Source: Lama glama
Taxonomy: Eukaryota
Direction of reading: 5' to 3'
NCBI GenBank assembly: GCA_028534125.1
Contig: CM052817.1
Span: forward strand, 14,014,001-14,078,000
Length of the DNA stretch: 64,000 nucleotides
The notes below the pieces were generated by a model. The model saw only the letters and a list, made by a program, of their open reading frames with translations, had not been told where the DNA came from and ran no database searches. Made by a program: the position numbers and the translations under genes. Below, piece after piece: positions 25,760 through 37,808 of the stretch. Numbering within the stretch: the stretch's first letter is position 1; every line of letters starts with the position of its first letter.

Positions 25760-26259
25760 NNNNNNNNNNNNNNNNNNNNNNNNNNNNNNNNNNNNNNNNN
25801 NNNNNNNNNNNNNNNNNNNNNNNNNNNNNNNNNNNNNNNNNNNNNNNNNNNNNNNNNNNNNNNNNNNNNNNNNNNNNNNNNNNNNNNNNNNNNNNNNNNN
25901 NNNNNNNNNNNNNNNNNNNNNNNNNNNNNNNNNNNNNNNNNNNNNNNNNNNNNNNNNNNNNNNNNNNNNNNNNNNNNNNNNNNNNNNNNNNNNNNNNNNN
26001 NNNNNNNNNNNNNNNNNNNNNNNNNNNNNNNNNNNNNNNNNNNNNNNNNNNNNNNNNNNNNNNNNNNNNNNNNNNNNNNNNNNNNNNNNNNNNNNNNNNN
26101 NNNNNNNNNNNNNNNNNNNNNNNNNNNNNNNNNNNNNNNNNNNNNNNNNNNNNNNNNNNNNNNNNNNNNNNNNNNNNNNNNNNNNNNNNNNNNNNNNNNN
26201 NNNNNNNNNNNNNNNNNNNNNNNNNNNNNNNNNNNNNNNNNNNNNNNNNNNNNNNNNNN
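25760..26259. other. Assembly gap (500 N) inside L1
   Basis: Run of N. Confidence 1.
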
Positions 26260-29200
26260 TTTTTTTCTTAAAAGATTGCTCTGGGTATTATGAGTCTCTT
26301 TAATTCACATATGACTTTTAAGGCCAGCTTGTCAATTTCTGCAAAAACTTCCAGCTGAGACTTTTGATAGGAATTGTGATAAATCTATAGATTACTTGGA
26401 GAAGTATGTCATTTTTAATAATATTAACTCTTCTGATCCAAGAACATGGAATGTCATTTGATTTATTTATATCTTTATTTTTTCACAATATTTTGTAGTT
26501 TCAGAGTATAACTTTTAACCTTCTTTTGTTCAATTTATTCCTAAGTAATATATTCTTTTTGATGCTGTCATAAATGCAACTGTCTTCTTAATTTCATTTT
26601 TCAGATTATTCATTGCTAGCACATAAAAATACAATTGATATTTGTATACTGACATCATATACTGTAATTTTTCTGGACTTACTTGCTCTAATTGTTTAGT
26701 GTGAGTAGGTGGATTCCTCATGTTTCAAAATACAAGATGATGTTACCTGCAAATAGAGATACTTTTATTTCTTCCTGTCCAGTCTGATTTATTTTTATTT
26801 TTTCCTTACCTAATTGCCCCTGCTAGAACTTCTTTAAAATGTCACATTAAAATAGCAACAGTAGACATCCTTGTTTTTTCTGATCCTACAGGGAAAATAT
26901 TCTGTCATTCACCATTAAATATGATTTTAACTGTAGGTTTTTTGTATATGCTGTCTATCAGGTTGAGGGCTTTTATAATAAAAGGATGTTGGGTTTTGTC
27001 AAATGCTTTTTCTGAATTTATTGAGATGATTTTCTAGTTTTTATCCTTTATTCTATGGATATGGTATTATATTAATTAATTTTTGTATATTAAAATAACT
27101 GTATTCCTAGGATAAATCCCATTTTTTCATAGTGTATAATCCTTTTTCACATTTATAAGAGATTTTGGTTTCATATAATGTCTATGTCAGATTTTGGTAT
27201 AAGGATAATACTTGCCTCCTAGAATGGGCTGGAGATTGTTTCTTCATCTTCTTTTTTTTTTGGAATAGTTTATAAAGAATAGTCACTATAAATGTTTCGA
27301 AGAATTCACCAAGGAAGACATCTGGGCCTGAGCTTTAATTTGTGGGAAATTTTTAAATCTCTAGTTCTACCTCATTACTTGTTACAGGCCTACTTAGATT
27401 TTCTATTTCACTTTGAGTTTTGGTAGTTTGTTTCTCTAAAAATTTTGTTATGTCATCTAAGTTACCTAATTTGTTGACATACAGATGTTTATAGCATTCC
27501 CTTGTGATTCTTTTTATTTCTGTAAGGTAGTAGTGATGTCTCCTCTCTCCTGATTTTATTAATTTGAGCCTTTTTCTTTTTTTCTTAATCAATTTAGATA
27601 AATATTTGTCAAATCTGTTGATTTTTTTCAAAGAACCAGTTATGTTCCACTGATTTTTACTGTTTTATATTGTCAATCTGATTTATTTATTCTAAATTTA
27701 TTATTTACTTTCTTCAGCTTTGGGGGGTTTAGCTTGCTCTTTCTTAAAAGTGTTTTTCTCCTTAAGTTGGCAAGTTACGTCATTGATTTGATCATTTTTC
27801 TTTTTATAATATAGATATTTATAGTTAATACATTTCTCTCTAAGCACTGTTTAGCTGCATCCAGTAAGTTTTGGTATGTCTGTCTTCATTTTTATTTGCC
27901 TCAAAGTATTTTCTAATTTTGTTTGTGATTTTTTGACCCATTGGTTACTTAGGAGTTTGGTGCTTAATTTTCCCATAATTGTAAATTTCTAAATCTTTTT
28001 GTTATAAATTTCTAATTTCGTTCTATTGTAGTCTAAGAACATAACCTTGTATAATGTCAATCCTTTAAAATTTATTGTGGCTTGTTTTATGTCCTAACAT
28101 ATGGTTTGTTTTAGAGAATGTTCCACATACACTTGAAACAATATGTATTCTCCTGTTTGGCGTTGGAGTGTTCTTATATTTATTAGTTTCCACTGTTCAT
28201 AGTGTTGTTCAAGTCTTCTATTTTCTTGAGCTTCTGACTAGTTCAGAATTAATTTTTTATTTTAATAAATATATTTTAAAATGCTCATTTTGTTCTCCCA
28301 TGTCTCATAAAAGCAGTAAAATGAATAATAATCTAGCATGATCAACAGGTAGATGAGCTTCCCTTTTCCAGATTAAAGTTGGACTTATGGCTGCTTTCTA
28401 CTCACAGGATTCACTACACACCCTTTTCCTTGTCTCAATCAATTCTAACTGAACAAAAAGATTATTTTACCTAATATGACAGCTTATGTCAGGAGGGGTA
28501 AAAACTGGGTTTACTTAACTCTCATCAGTTGTCTAGGGTAATGTCCAGTGTCCTGGAGGACCCCCAGTTGCAAGCTTTCCCCTCATTCCCATTATAGTGG
28601 CTTGCTTGCTGTCTTGAAGCAGAAAGATTTGTGGATACAGATGGATCTAAGTATAAAATGACTCTAGAACTTACTAGATAAAAGAGCCATTTGCCCAACT
28701 TCTCTTCCTCTGTCTTCTAATCAGGATATTAGACATGAAAACATCTATTTTACAGGATTGTAATATTGTTAAAATATGATAAAATCATTATAGCACATAG
28801 CACATAATAGCACTCTCCTCAACATACAAATAACCATTCTTAGCTTCCCATCCTGTTTTCTGGCCTTACCCTCACACTCTCAGCTGGAAGCTGAGCTCAA
28901 TCTGAAGCCAAAACTTCTGACCTATTTTCGCATTCTGTCCAGTACCTGCGAATAAATGATTTTCTTTTAGGGGGCAAGGACAGGTAAGAATGAAGTGTCC
29001 TCTCATCCTGTATCTCCAGCTTTCAGCTGGAATTCTTCTGTGAATGAACTGACCACCTGGTCCCACAGAGCTGTTAGAAATTAGCATCCTTCTCCTACAA
29101 CACTCGAGTTCACCATGATTCTTTATATTCTAACCACCACCTTTGCAGGTACTGCTACCTGAGACCAGAATCACCTTCCTGCATAGTCCTGTTGCTTCCA

Positions 29201-31719
29201 TATTTTTCCATTTATTCAGGTTAAAATCCAAAAATCCTTAGGACTTGGCTGAGCCAAATTATGGACAGCAAACACTGAATTCCAGGGTCATACTGACAAT
29301 GTTCATACTATACAGTAGATACAGCCGACACTTCAGGGAACTTACAGTTACTCAACATGGACCCAGACAATCCCTTAATCTAGGCCAGATGGCAAACTGA
29401 TCATTAACTTCACCCTGATGGACTTGTTTTTCCTCCAAATGAGTTATTATAATTAATTATCTGTTATCTGACATTTTATCAACAAATACCATCTACTAAC
29501 TAACATTTTCACTGCCAGTTCAATGATAATTAATTATCATAGTGATAACCTGTGGCACTAAAAGATTCAGAAATCATTTAGAATACAGAGAGTGAGGGAA
29601 AGTAAGAGTAAAATAGAGAATTAGAGACAATGAAATAGACAGGTCAAATAATGCTCAGCATGTTTTAATATTAAAGACACAACACATCATTTTTGTGATG
29701 TCCTCAAAACTCCATCCAGCCTACAAAACTACCCCACATAACATCCCCTAATGGAGCTCCTATCAGGAAAATCAACATACTTTAGAGTTGGCTGGATCTT
29801 TTCCAAAATGCATTCCACTCCCCTGACCCTAAAGCCATAATGTGACCCTTTCAGAGCACTGGTCAGTAGAGGTGGAGCAAACTCATCTAATCCTGAAAGA
29901 AATAATACATCAGTGCCCCTTATTGTATTTACCACCCTACACTTTAAAAAGAAACATCTCTCTTTCCCTGACCCTAAGGCCTTTCATAATAGTCAGAAAT
30001 CTTTTCTGACATATAGCACGGCAAGAACCTAAGTGGAAAAAAAAATTAAAACAAAGCTGATACAGTAACTTTTCATCTGGGTTTTATATTATTTGTATTG
30101 CTTAAGGATTACTAATTCCACAACAGAATTGGTGTCCTATTGAGTACACAGTAGGCATTCAAGGCATTTTGGTTTAAGAAGGATAAGTGAGGAAATGTGA
30201 TAAATGCCTGAACGAAATGTCTTTCCAACTTGAAGAGTTTCTTTGTATTTGGATTTGCTATGGAAGTTTATCTGTTCATGGACACAACACCTCAATATGT
30301 GCAGCTTCCCCTGGGAACTGGTACCCCCTTCTCAGTGATGGTAGAACCACTTGAGAGTTACTACATTAGAATGGACTAGCCTCAAAACCAACTCAATCTC
30401 CCTCTCCAAAATAATAAATGAAAAGAAGCAACAAAATAGGTACATTTCTATGAACACATGCCACATGCTCAGAGAATTCACAGGAGATATGCCCAGTGGA
30501 TATATGAACATACGATGAGAATTTTGGAATTGGGATTTTGAGACTCTCAGAATCTTGTTGTCATATTGAATCTAACTTTTGAGTAAAGGGAGCATGGTGT
30601 TTATTGAAAGTCTGAAGGTCATCATGACCCATTTCTGGAGTTTCTGAGGCTCTTTCCCACTTTATCTCATCAAATGGGCATGCTATATTGGTCAGGTTAA
30701 AATTCTTAATGCCAGATGACTCAGGGTCACTGAGGATGTGGCCATACTGACAAAGGAGAGACATGAAACTTTAGGAAATCTCCTTATATCTCATCTGTGT
30801 GGGCAGAGAACTTTGGGTAGCATCAGCAGACCCTGAAAGATCCTGTTACATGTAAAGCTGGTACTAATGGTAACAAACCTAGAAGATCTGTGCCGAGAAA
30901 TCTCCTGTGAGAGTTATGAGCAGGATAGGCTAACCACCCTCTAACAAGTTTACTGGAGAAAATATAGGGCTACATAATCACGTGCCTGACTTCTTTTACA
31001 AACCAGGTTCTAAAGAGTGGAGAAGATAATATTCCCAGATGCAGAGTCAAAAGTGACAAGAGAGACTAGGACGATCAGATAATAACTAGAAGAACTAAAA
31101 ATGCACTAGCAGAGACGATACACATTAGGAAGGAAGAAGAGGCAGCCAAGTTTGGAGAAAGTCCTGAGCTCATGCTCTTGCGTGGCAGTGGAGAAGCCGG
31201 ACAAGACAAGCAAGGGAGCATCTCCTCAAAGTGTAAGCTCTGGGCTTCCGCTGCAAGAATGCTAGTTCTGAGCAACACCTGTCACCATGGCAGAGCAGGC
31301 AAGGAAGACCCAATCCCAAAGGGAAACACTGCAGACCAAGAAAAAGCTCGGTGGGTTCTGCTTTGATCACGCATGCTATGCAGTGCACTCTTGTTCTCCT
31401 GCACTGTAGGCTCACAGTAATCCATACATACAACTGTGCAGGTTGTGCAGGTAGCTCTTCAAATCTAATGGCGTCCCACTTTATGGGGGCTGGAATCACA
31501 GCGGCGGCTGTGTGCCTCTGGTTTTGGGGTCACCCAGAGAGTAAAAGGAAATCCAGGATGAACATTTCTCATTGCAGTCTTAGTAAGATCTTGGAAAGTG
31601 CTTTCTGAGTAATTTTCTCTTCAGCTGTATGATGGCTAAATTTAAAGGCTGGACAAAATTTGATTTAGTTTAAGTGAACTCTCATTTTCACTTAACTAAA
31701 ACAAAGTAAATCCTGTTTA

Positions 31720-31725
<6 letters not shown>

Positions 31726-31750
<25 letters not shown>
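31726..31750. repeat. (TG)n microsatellite
   Basis: About 12 TG units. Confidence 0.95.
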
Positions 31751-32674
31751 TTAAATTCTTAAATCAAAACAGCTTCCTTATTACCTTTGAAATTTGTACT
31801 TTCATACAAATTGCTCAATATCTTTACACACAGAAAGACACAGTTCTCCAAAAACTATGCTGGTCCTTCTAAACTTATATTGTAAACACACACAAACAGA
31901 ATAGAACATTTTAAAAATAAAATCTACATCATTTTGTTATAGCCAATAATTCCTTTTTAAAAAATTATTTTGGACTTCTTCACAAGTTAATAATCAGTAT
32001 AGAGTAAATTTTTTTTACAGAAGAAAAAATATCTTTTATATATGACATACTCGAAAAGGTACTCTCTTCATTTAAAAAAAGAATATTACAAGCACCTTTA
32101 AAAACATAATCCTTGCTTTCCTTCCAACGATAAAACTTTGTAGTGAATTAACTCAGGAAAGAAAAACGTTTTTCCTGGTCAGTTAGGGATTTTTCAGACA
32201 GCTCCTCTACTGCCCTCTAAAGCTCAAGAGCAACATAACAACTCCACTTTGAAGACAGTAATTTATTCACTTAAAGTACTAGAATTATTAACACCCCAAA
32301 GAGAATCAGACTCATTAGGTCCTGGTCTCAATGCAGTGTGGCCAGGCACATCTGCTTAAATGCAAGGTCTACAGTTAAGACAAGACCTGAGAGAATAGAG
32401 AACCCAGAAAGTAGGTGATTTTATCCCCGATGCCAGAGTTAAGCGGGTCCCTATTACTCACATTTTAATATATGACCTGATCACACCAGTAGCCAGAGAT
32501 TTGAATTTTAAAACATTCAACCTTTTTGGGATGTTCATAAACTATGGTTTTATGTTTTAATATTACCGATGCCATAATTATGTCAGAGATACATTACAAG
32601 AAAACAATGGATTACAGTATAGGTAATACTGAAAATGCCTTCTAAGAAACAGTACATAAAAAAACTATGTTTCA

Positions 32675-32782
32675 AAAAATATGAACGCTAATGTATGTAT
32701 GTGTATGCATGACTGAGACACTGTGCTGTATACCAGAAATTGACACACTGTAACTGATGGTACTTCAATTTAAAAAAAAATC
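32675..32782 (+). mobile_element. Severely 5'-truncated lineage-specific L1 3' end with A-tail and TSD
   Basis: 'gtatgcatgactgagacactgtgctgtataccagaaattgacacactgtaactgatggtacttcaatttaaaaaaaaa', flanked by aactatgtttca (32663-32674) and aactatgcttca (32783-32794). Same family as 43246-43302. Confidence 0.85.
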
Positions 32783-33089
32783 AACTATGCTTCAGAATGT
32801 GTTGTCTGTTGCTTCATGGGCTCATTTTAATAGTATATATTAGAACACAGTGAGATATGGGGTCTTTAAATGCAGTCAGATTCTTAGAATTTGAGGATAG
32901 ACAGCACTCTTTTAGAGAAGGGAGCAAGACATGGGAAAAAAGTAGGCCTTGTGGAACCATTTGTCAGAGGTAGCAAATGGGGAGAAATTATCTCTTGTCT
33001 GTTCTTTAATGAGGGTGGGGCAGGGAGTAAAGGAAAAATACAGAAATAGAAGAAGAAAAATGGGAAAGCAAGAAGTCAGGAATGAAAAA

Positions 33090-33250
33090 GCAATATAGAA
33101 TATTATTGAGCCCCTACTTTGCACTCCATACTTTTATTTGTTCACATAAACATGTAAGGTGTTATCTCTATTTTAACAGATAAGAAAACTGAACCTCAAA
33201 AAAAAAAACTTTATTTGATCTAGTCATACAGGTGGTAGTTGGCAGAACCA
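33090..33250 (-). mobile_element. MIR SINE
   Basis: 'ttattgagcccctactttgc...tctctattttaacagataagaaaactgaacctca'. Confidence 0.65.
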
Positions 33251-33654
33251 GTTGCAGAAAGAAGAGGCAACTGCAGTAGATGTTGCTTGTTTTGCATCTC
33301 TCAATGCTTTGACCAAGTAACTTCCTAGGTCCCAGAGAGGCAACTAGCAGGAGAAATGAAAGCATAAAAGGGGGAAGGAGGAGCAAGCAGTCACAGACCA
33401 GACAGAGGCAGCAAGAGCAATTACAATCTCAGAGCCTTCCTTTGGGGATACACTGAGAAGCTACAGGGAGGCGGTTCTTTACAAGAGAATCCTTGGCCAA
33501 ATTCCTGATTCAAGGCCCAGGTATTCATTAAAAATAAATAAATACATAAGTTGTCATCCCTGGAAGCCTATAATCATCAGGATGGTGATTTAACTCTAGC
33601 CGTCCATCAGTGGGTGATTGGGATGAGCAGCCAGGGCTGGGCATCAAGGCTTCC

Positions 33655-33812
33655 AGTTCTGTGATTCTCAAAATGTGGTCCCTGGACCAGCAGTGTCAGC
33701 ATTACCTGGGAATTGTCATAAATTTTCAAGAATCTCTGAGGCAGGGACCACATATGTATGTTTTAGTAGGCTCTGCAGGGGATTTAGAGGCATGCTCAAG
33801 TTTGACAACTAG
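33655..33812. mobile_element. MER5A-like hAT MITE
   Basis: 'gtgattctcaaaatgtggtccctggaccagcagtgtcagcattacctgggaa...gcatgctcaagtttgacaact'. Confidence 0.75.
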
Positions 33813-34949
33813 GTGTGGGAAGTCCTTTACTTTGTTTAGCATATGCTCTGGACTCCTTTCACTGTCAGGTGAGTTTGAGGGGTCCCGCTGTAGGTACTGA
33901 GGGGGAGCTTCTCCCGCAGACTAATAAAAGTGCTCCTTTTTCCTCGAGAAAGGTACAGTAATTCAGATTCTCCTCCCTCATTTTAGCTGCGAAGTGACTG
34001 AAATTAGGACAGCAGACTGCTAATTCTCAGAGTCCTGTTAGATTTGATTTCCTGACTCAAGGTAGAGGAAGGAAATCTGGCGAGTTACAAAGTTAGGGAA
34101 CTAAGTAGGAATGATGAGAAAATTACTGATGGTCTTTATCTCTACACTTCAATTCTAAAAGGTGAGCATTTTATACCTTTCCGTGATTATATAAATGGAG
34201 CTGAATGACTTTTCTTATATTTGCATTCTGTGCTCAGAGGCCAGGCTCTGCTAATATTTGTATATATTAGCTCTATGGGTTGTGGAAGGGAGAGTGAGAC
34301 AGTAAACATTCAGTCCACTTAATTTCCTTTTTCACAAGAGCTTCATAACCTCTATCTAATTTTAATCCCATATCATATTTGCCAGACAGATATGTTACTT
34401 TTTCAATTTCACAGGTTGAGACACAGGCTCCTGCCGCCACTGGCTCAGCTGTGGATGAGATTCAAAGAGAATTTCTTCTGTCCCTAGATTTCTGACATTC
34501 AAATGGAAAAAGCCCATGAGGTCCCTCTGAAGGCAGAAAATGTATCATACATGATTTTATATCCCTAACAATGTCTAGTAAAACATCTGATTAAATGATC
34601 TGGAAGGTCATTTAATAGATTTCTTGACAAAAACATGTTAATTTAATATTATAGTTTACATCTGGAGAAGGAAAATGGAATATATACACCAAAGAGTTAC
34701 ATGAGTAAGAAAACCAACTTTGTTGTGTTAATCTGCTGAAATTCGGGGGTTTGTATATACTGTAAATATCAATATCTTAATGCATTTAATTTCCTCTTTT
34801 ATATGATAATTTTATTGAGGATAATTTCCATGTTTGGAAAAGTATGAATTCTATAGACTTTCATGAGCTGGGTTCTTTGCCCATTGGCTTTCAGGAGCCT
34901 GATGTGTTTTCCCCCTTTTTGTTCCTCTTCAAGGAGACTTCACTATTTG

Positions 34950-35145
34950 AGATACAGCTCAGAGAGACCTGGATCTAATCCTAGGCTCTTCCATTGATAG
35001 ATGTGTGAGCATAGGCAAACTTATAAGCTTTTCTCCTCTTCTGGCAAAGTACGGATTACAAATCCCTATGCTATATAGGATTCTTATGAATATTAGAATT
35101 AATATTTGTAAATCCCTAGTATAATGCCTAGTTCATAGCTAGTAG
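34950..35145 (+). mobile_element. MIR SINE
   Basis: 'gacctggatctaatcctaggctcttccattgatagatgtgtgagcataggcaa...tgtaaatccctagtataatgcct'. Confidence 0.65.
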
Positions 35146-35169
35146 TAGCAGTTGGTGGTAGACTTTCAA

Positions 35170-35500
35170 AAATATGGGCTGCTACTTCCCAGGGGAGAAC
35201 TGTACTTTACTGCCCTGTTATCAGTGGGTTTGACTATGTGACTTGCTTTGGGTAATGAAATATATAAGTGGAAAAGACGTGTCACTTGCAAGTTGAAGCC
35301 TGACCTCATTTCTTTCTGACATGATGACTGACACTCTTCTAATAAGAAATTGCTGCATGACTCTGGATCCTGAAATGAAGATGACATGGAGCAAAGCCAC
35401 AGTTGCCCCACAATGACCAATGACAAACTTGTATTGTTGTAAGACATGGGGATGAGGGGGCCATTTGTTACTATAGCATCCTCAGCTTTAATGACAAACA
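35170..35500 (+). mobile_element. MaLR LTR (MLT1I/J-like)
   Basis: 'gactatgtgacttgctttgggtaatgaaat...ttgtattgttgtaagacatggggat...atttgttactatagca'. Confidence 0.65.
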
Positions 35501-37767
35501 CATCAAATACATATTTCTCAACTACAGAATATGGGGAAAAAATTCTTTAAATTGTCTAACTCTCCACCAAGAACCAGGATATCTAGCACTTTCCCTGTCC
35601 CTCCTTCCTTGCCTCCTGTGAATGACCACTTTACATTAAAAGTAGTGGGCTCCGTCCCGCCGCACTTTCAAAAGAGGTGGTAAGACTTACGGAGAATGAA
35701 GTATTTTCTGACAGTAGTTGAAAGGCATTTTAAAAAAAATGAAGATGTGATCTGATTTCCATGCCATCCTTTAGAAGTTCACATTTAATAAACAGAAATT
35801 AGGGCTTTACAGAAATTCAATTTACATTATTTTATTAGACTATATAAATTTAGGGAGTACAAATGGAAGCTTTATAAGAGCACCATACTTTACAATGAGG
35901 CAAAGCCAATACTTGAGAAATAACACAAAAGACTCAGAATTCTTAATCAGGCTACAGAATAACAGAACTTGACAGAAACTGAAATCTCTGTAGAAAAATT
36001 CTATACTTCTCAGGCAAATGGCAAATACTTCCCAGGGTAAAAAATATTGCCTTTAATTATCTTCCATTATGAGTTATACTGATGAGAAATATTTGTCAGA
36101 AATTCTAAGCAGCAGGCAAGATTAAAGCAACGAGTCAATAAGAATTTTGTCAATAACTCTAACTTTCTCATTATTTTCATTGTTATTCTTTTGGGGGGGG
36201 CAGGGAACTACCACCATATACCTAGAAATCTGCTACTCCATCATCCTATTAACTCAGAGTCTGCAGATGGAAAAAAAAAAAGACAACGTTTTCATGATGA
36301 TTTTACTATCCTCATAGTGAAACACAGAAGGTAAATTCACTGAAGTCCTGTGGGCAATGCATGCACAGGCTGTGTTCTTACTTTATGGCACATTCTTCAG
36401 AACACCAGAGTTAATCCAAAACTATAATGAGGTCATCTCACTCTTCTCTCTCCCACAGTTGCTTATTCCTTAAAAAGGATGCTTTTTCCAAATAACATCA
36501 TCTATAAAGATCACATCTTCATGCAGAGGCTGGCCTGGGCCAGGCAGGGCTAAAGGAAGGGACAGGACAGGGAAAGAGGAGGAGACAAGCACATTCTGAA
36601 AAAGTGCTGCCCTGTGCTGCCTTCCTTACGTTTTTCACAGCTTTCCTTTCATGCTGAATCAACATATTTTTCGTTAGAGGCTTAACTGATGCCATGCCAA
36701 TCTATTCTCTCCAAAACATTGCTAAAAGGCACACTGTGAAGAATACATACTTCTCTATTTTTATTTAAACGTGCTTTACAACGTGCCAAGTGTTTCCACA
36801 TCAGATTGCACTTTCCCCCAAGTCAACGCTGAGCTGTATTCAGTGTTGATCAAGCATCCACTTAATCAAGCCTCAGGCTGATGCTCATCCTCATCTTGCA
36901 GATGAAAAGGAGCTTGAAGACGTGACAGAAGTGACATGGAACTCGGGCTATCGCACCCACGGCCCATACCGCATGGGAAATGTCATCACCTATCTGTGGG
37001 ACCAGTGCTGAGAGCTTGATGGGTTGATAACTAACATTTCCTCATAACTGCAAGTTATGGGTTAAAACGGTTTAAAAACAAACCATGATTTAACTAATGT
37101 TCCAACACTCAAGAGGCACTTAGAGTGTATATTTAATACTGACCACTGCTGGTACATTTTTCAAAGAGGCTTTTTGGGTGATGAAAAACAAGTTCTCAGT
37201 TCCAGGGCTTGCAAACTGTACTCAGGTGCATTCCATGAAATGCAAGTTGAGCTATACTGCAGGTGCACAGGTGAAAACCTTGTGAATCTCTGACACTACA
37301 GTTAAGGAATTATTAATTCCCACTTCACTGGTGATTTCTGACTTTGACATGTAAAAATTACATTCACATTTTTCACCCGGTTGTAGATTAAAACCTAGAT
37401 GATATAAGCCATGTTATTTAATTTTTAATTTCCATAAACTCAATTTAAAATGCATAAACCATTTTATCATGGAAAACATATTTCTCTTCAAAATACTATG
37501 CTATTAAATTTTTACTCCTACAGCATCTTTTCACAGACTAGTTCTCTAAAGGAGAAAAAAAATATATATATGTAATCTTATTGCTTTTCATATGAAAACC
37601 TAGGATCCTGTCTTCTAGATTAATGGAGTTTGGTTTGAACCTGGTATTTAATAAACATCCCAGCCCAAAAGCAAAAGGAAAGGTTCACTTCAAGTGTTTC
37701 CATCTTTACTTGAGAGTCAGCTACATTCTATATTTCACAGAGGTAAAATGAGAGAAAAAGTAATGAG

Positions 37768-37808
37768 TATCTATCTATCTGTCTACCTACCTACCTGTCA
37801 TCTATCTG
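37768..37808. repeat. (TCTA/CCTA)n degenerate tetranucleotide repeat
   Basis: 'tatctatctatctgtctacctacctacctgtcatctatct'. Confidence 0.8.

Larger units (their letters stand above)
23410..28235 (-). mobile_element. Old L1 (L1MB-like) 3' UTR plus ORF2 remnant, interrupted by an MLT1 LTR, a younger L1 3' end and an assembly gap
   Basis: Antisense L1 3' UTR 'ataccatacaattcacc...tatattcacagagttgtataaccatcaccacaatcaattttag'. The minus-strand ORF at 27353-27631 (KINRFDKYLSKLIKKKRKR...LYVNKLGNLDDITKFLEK) and the one at 26530-26721 (..TASKRIYYLGIN) are L1 ORF2-like. Confidence 0.9.

Noticed and set aside
25718..26293. Long ORFs spanning N runs (also 42601-43364 and 59621-60250)
   Set aside because: Artefacts of translating 500-N gaps.
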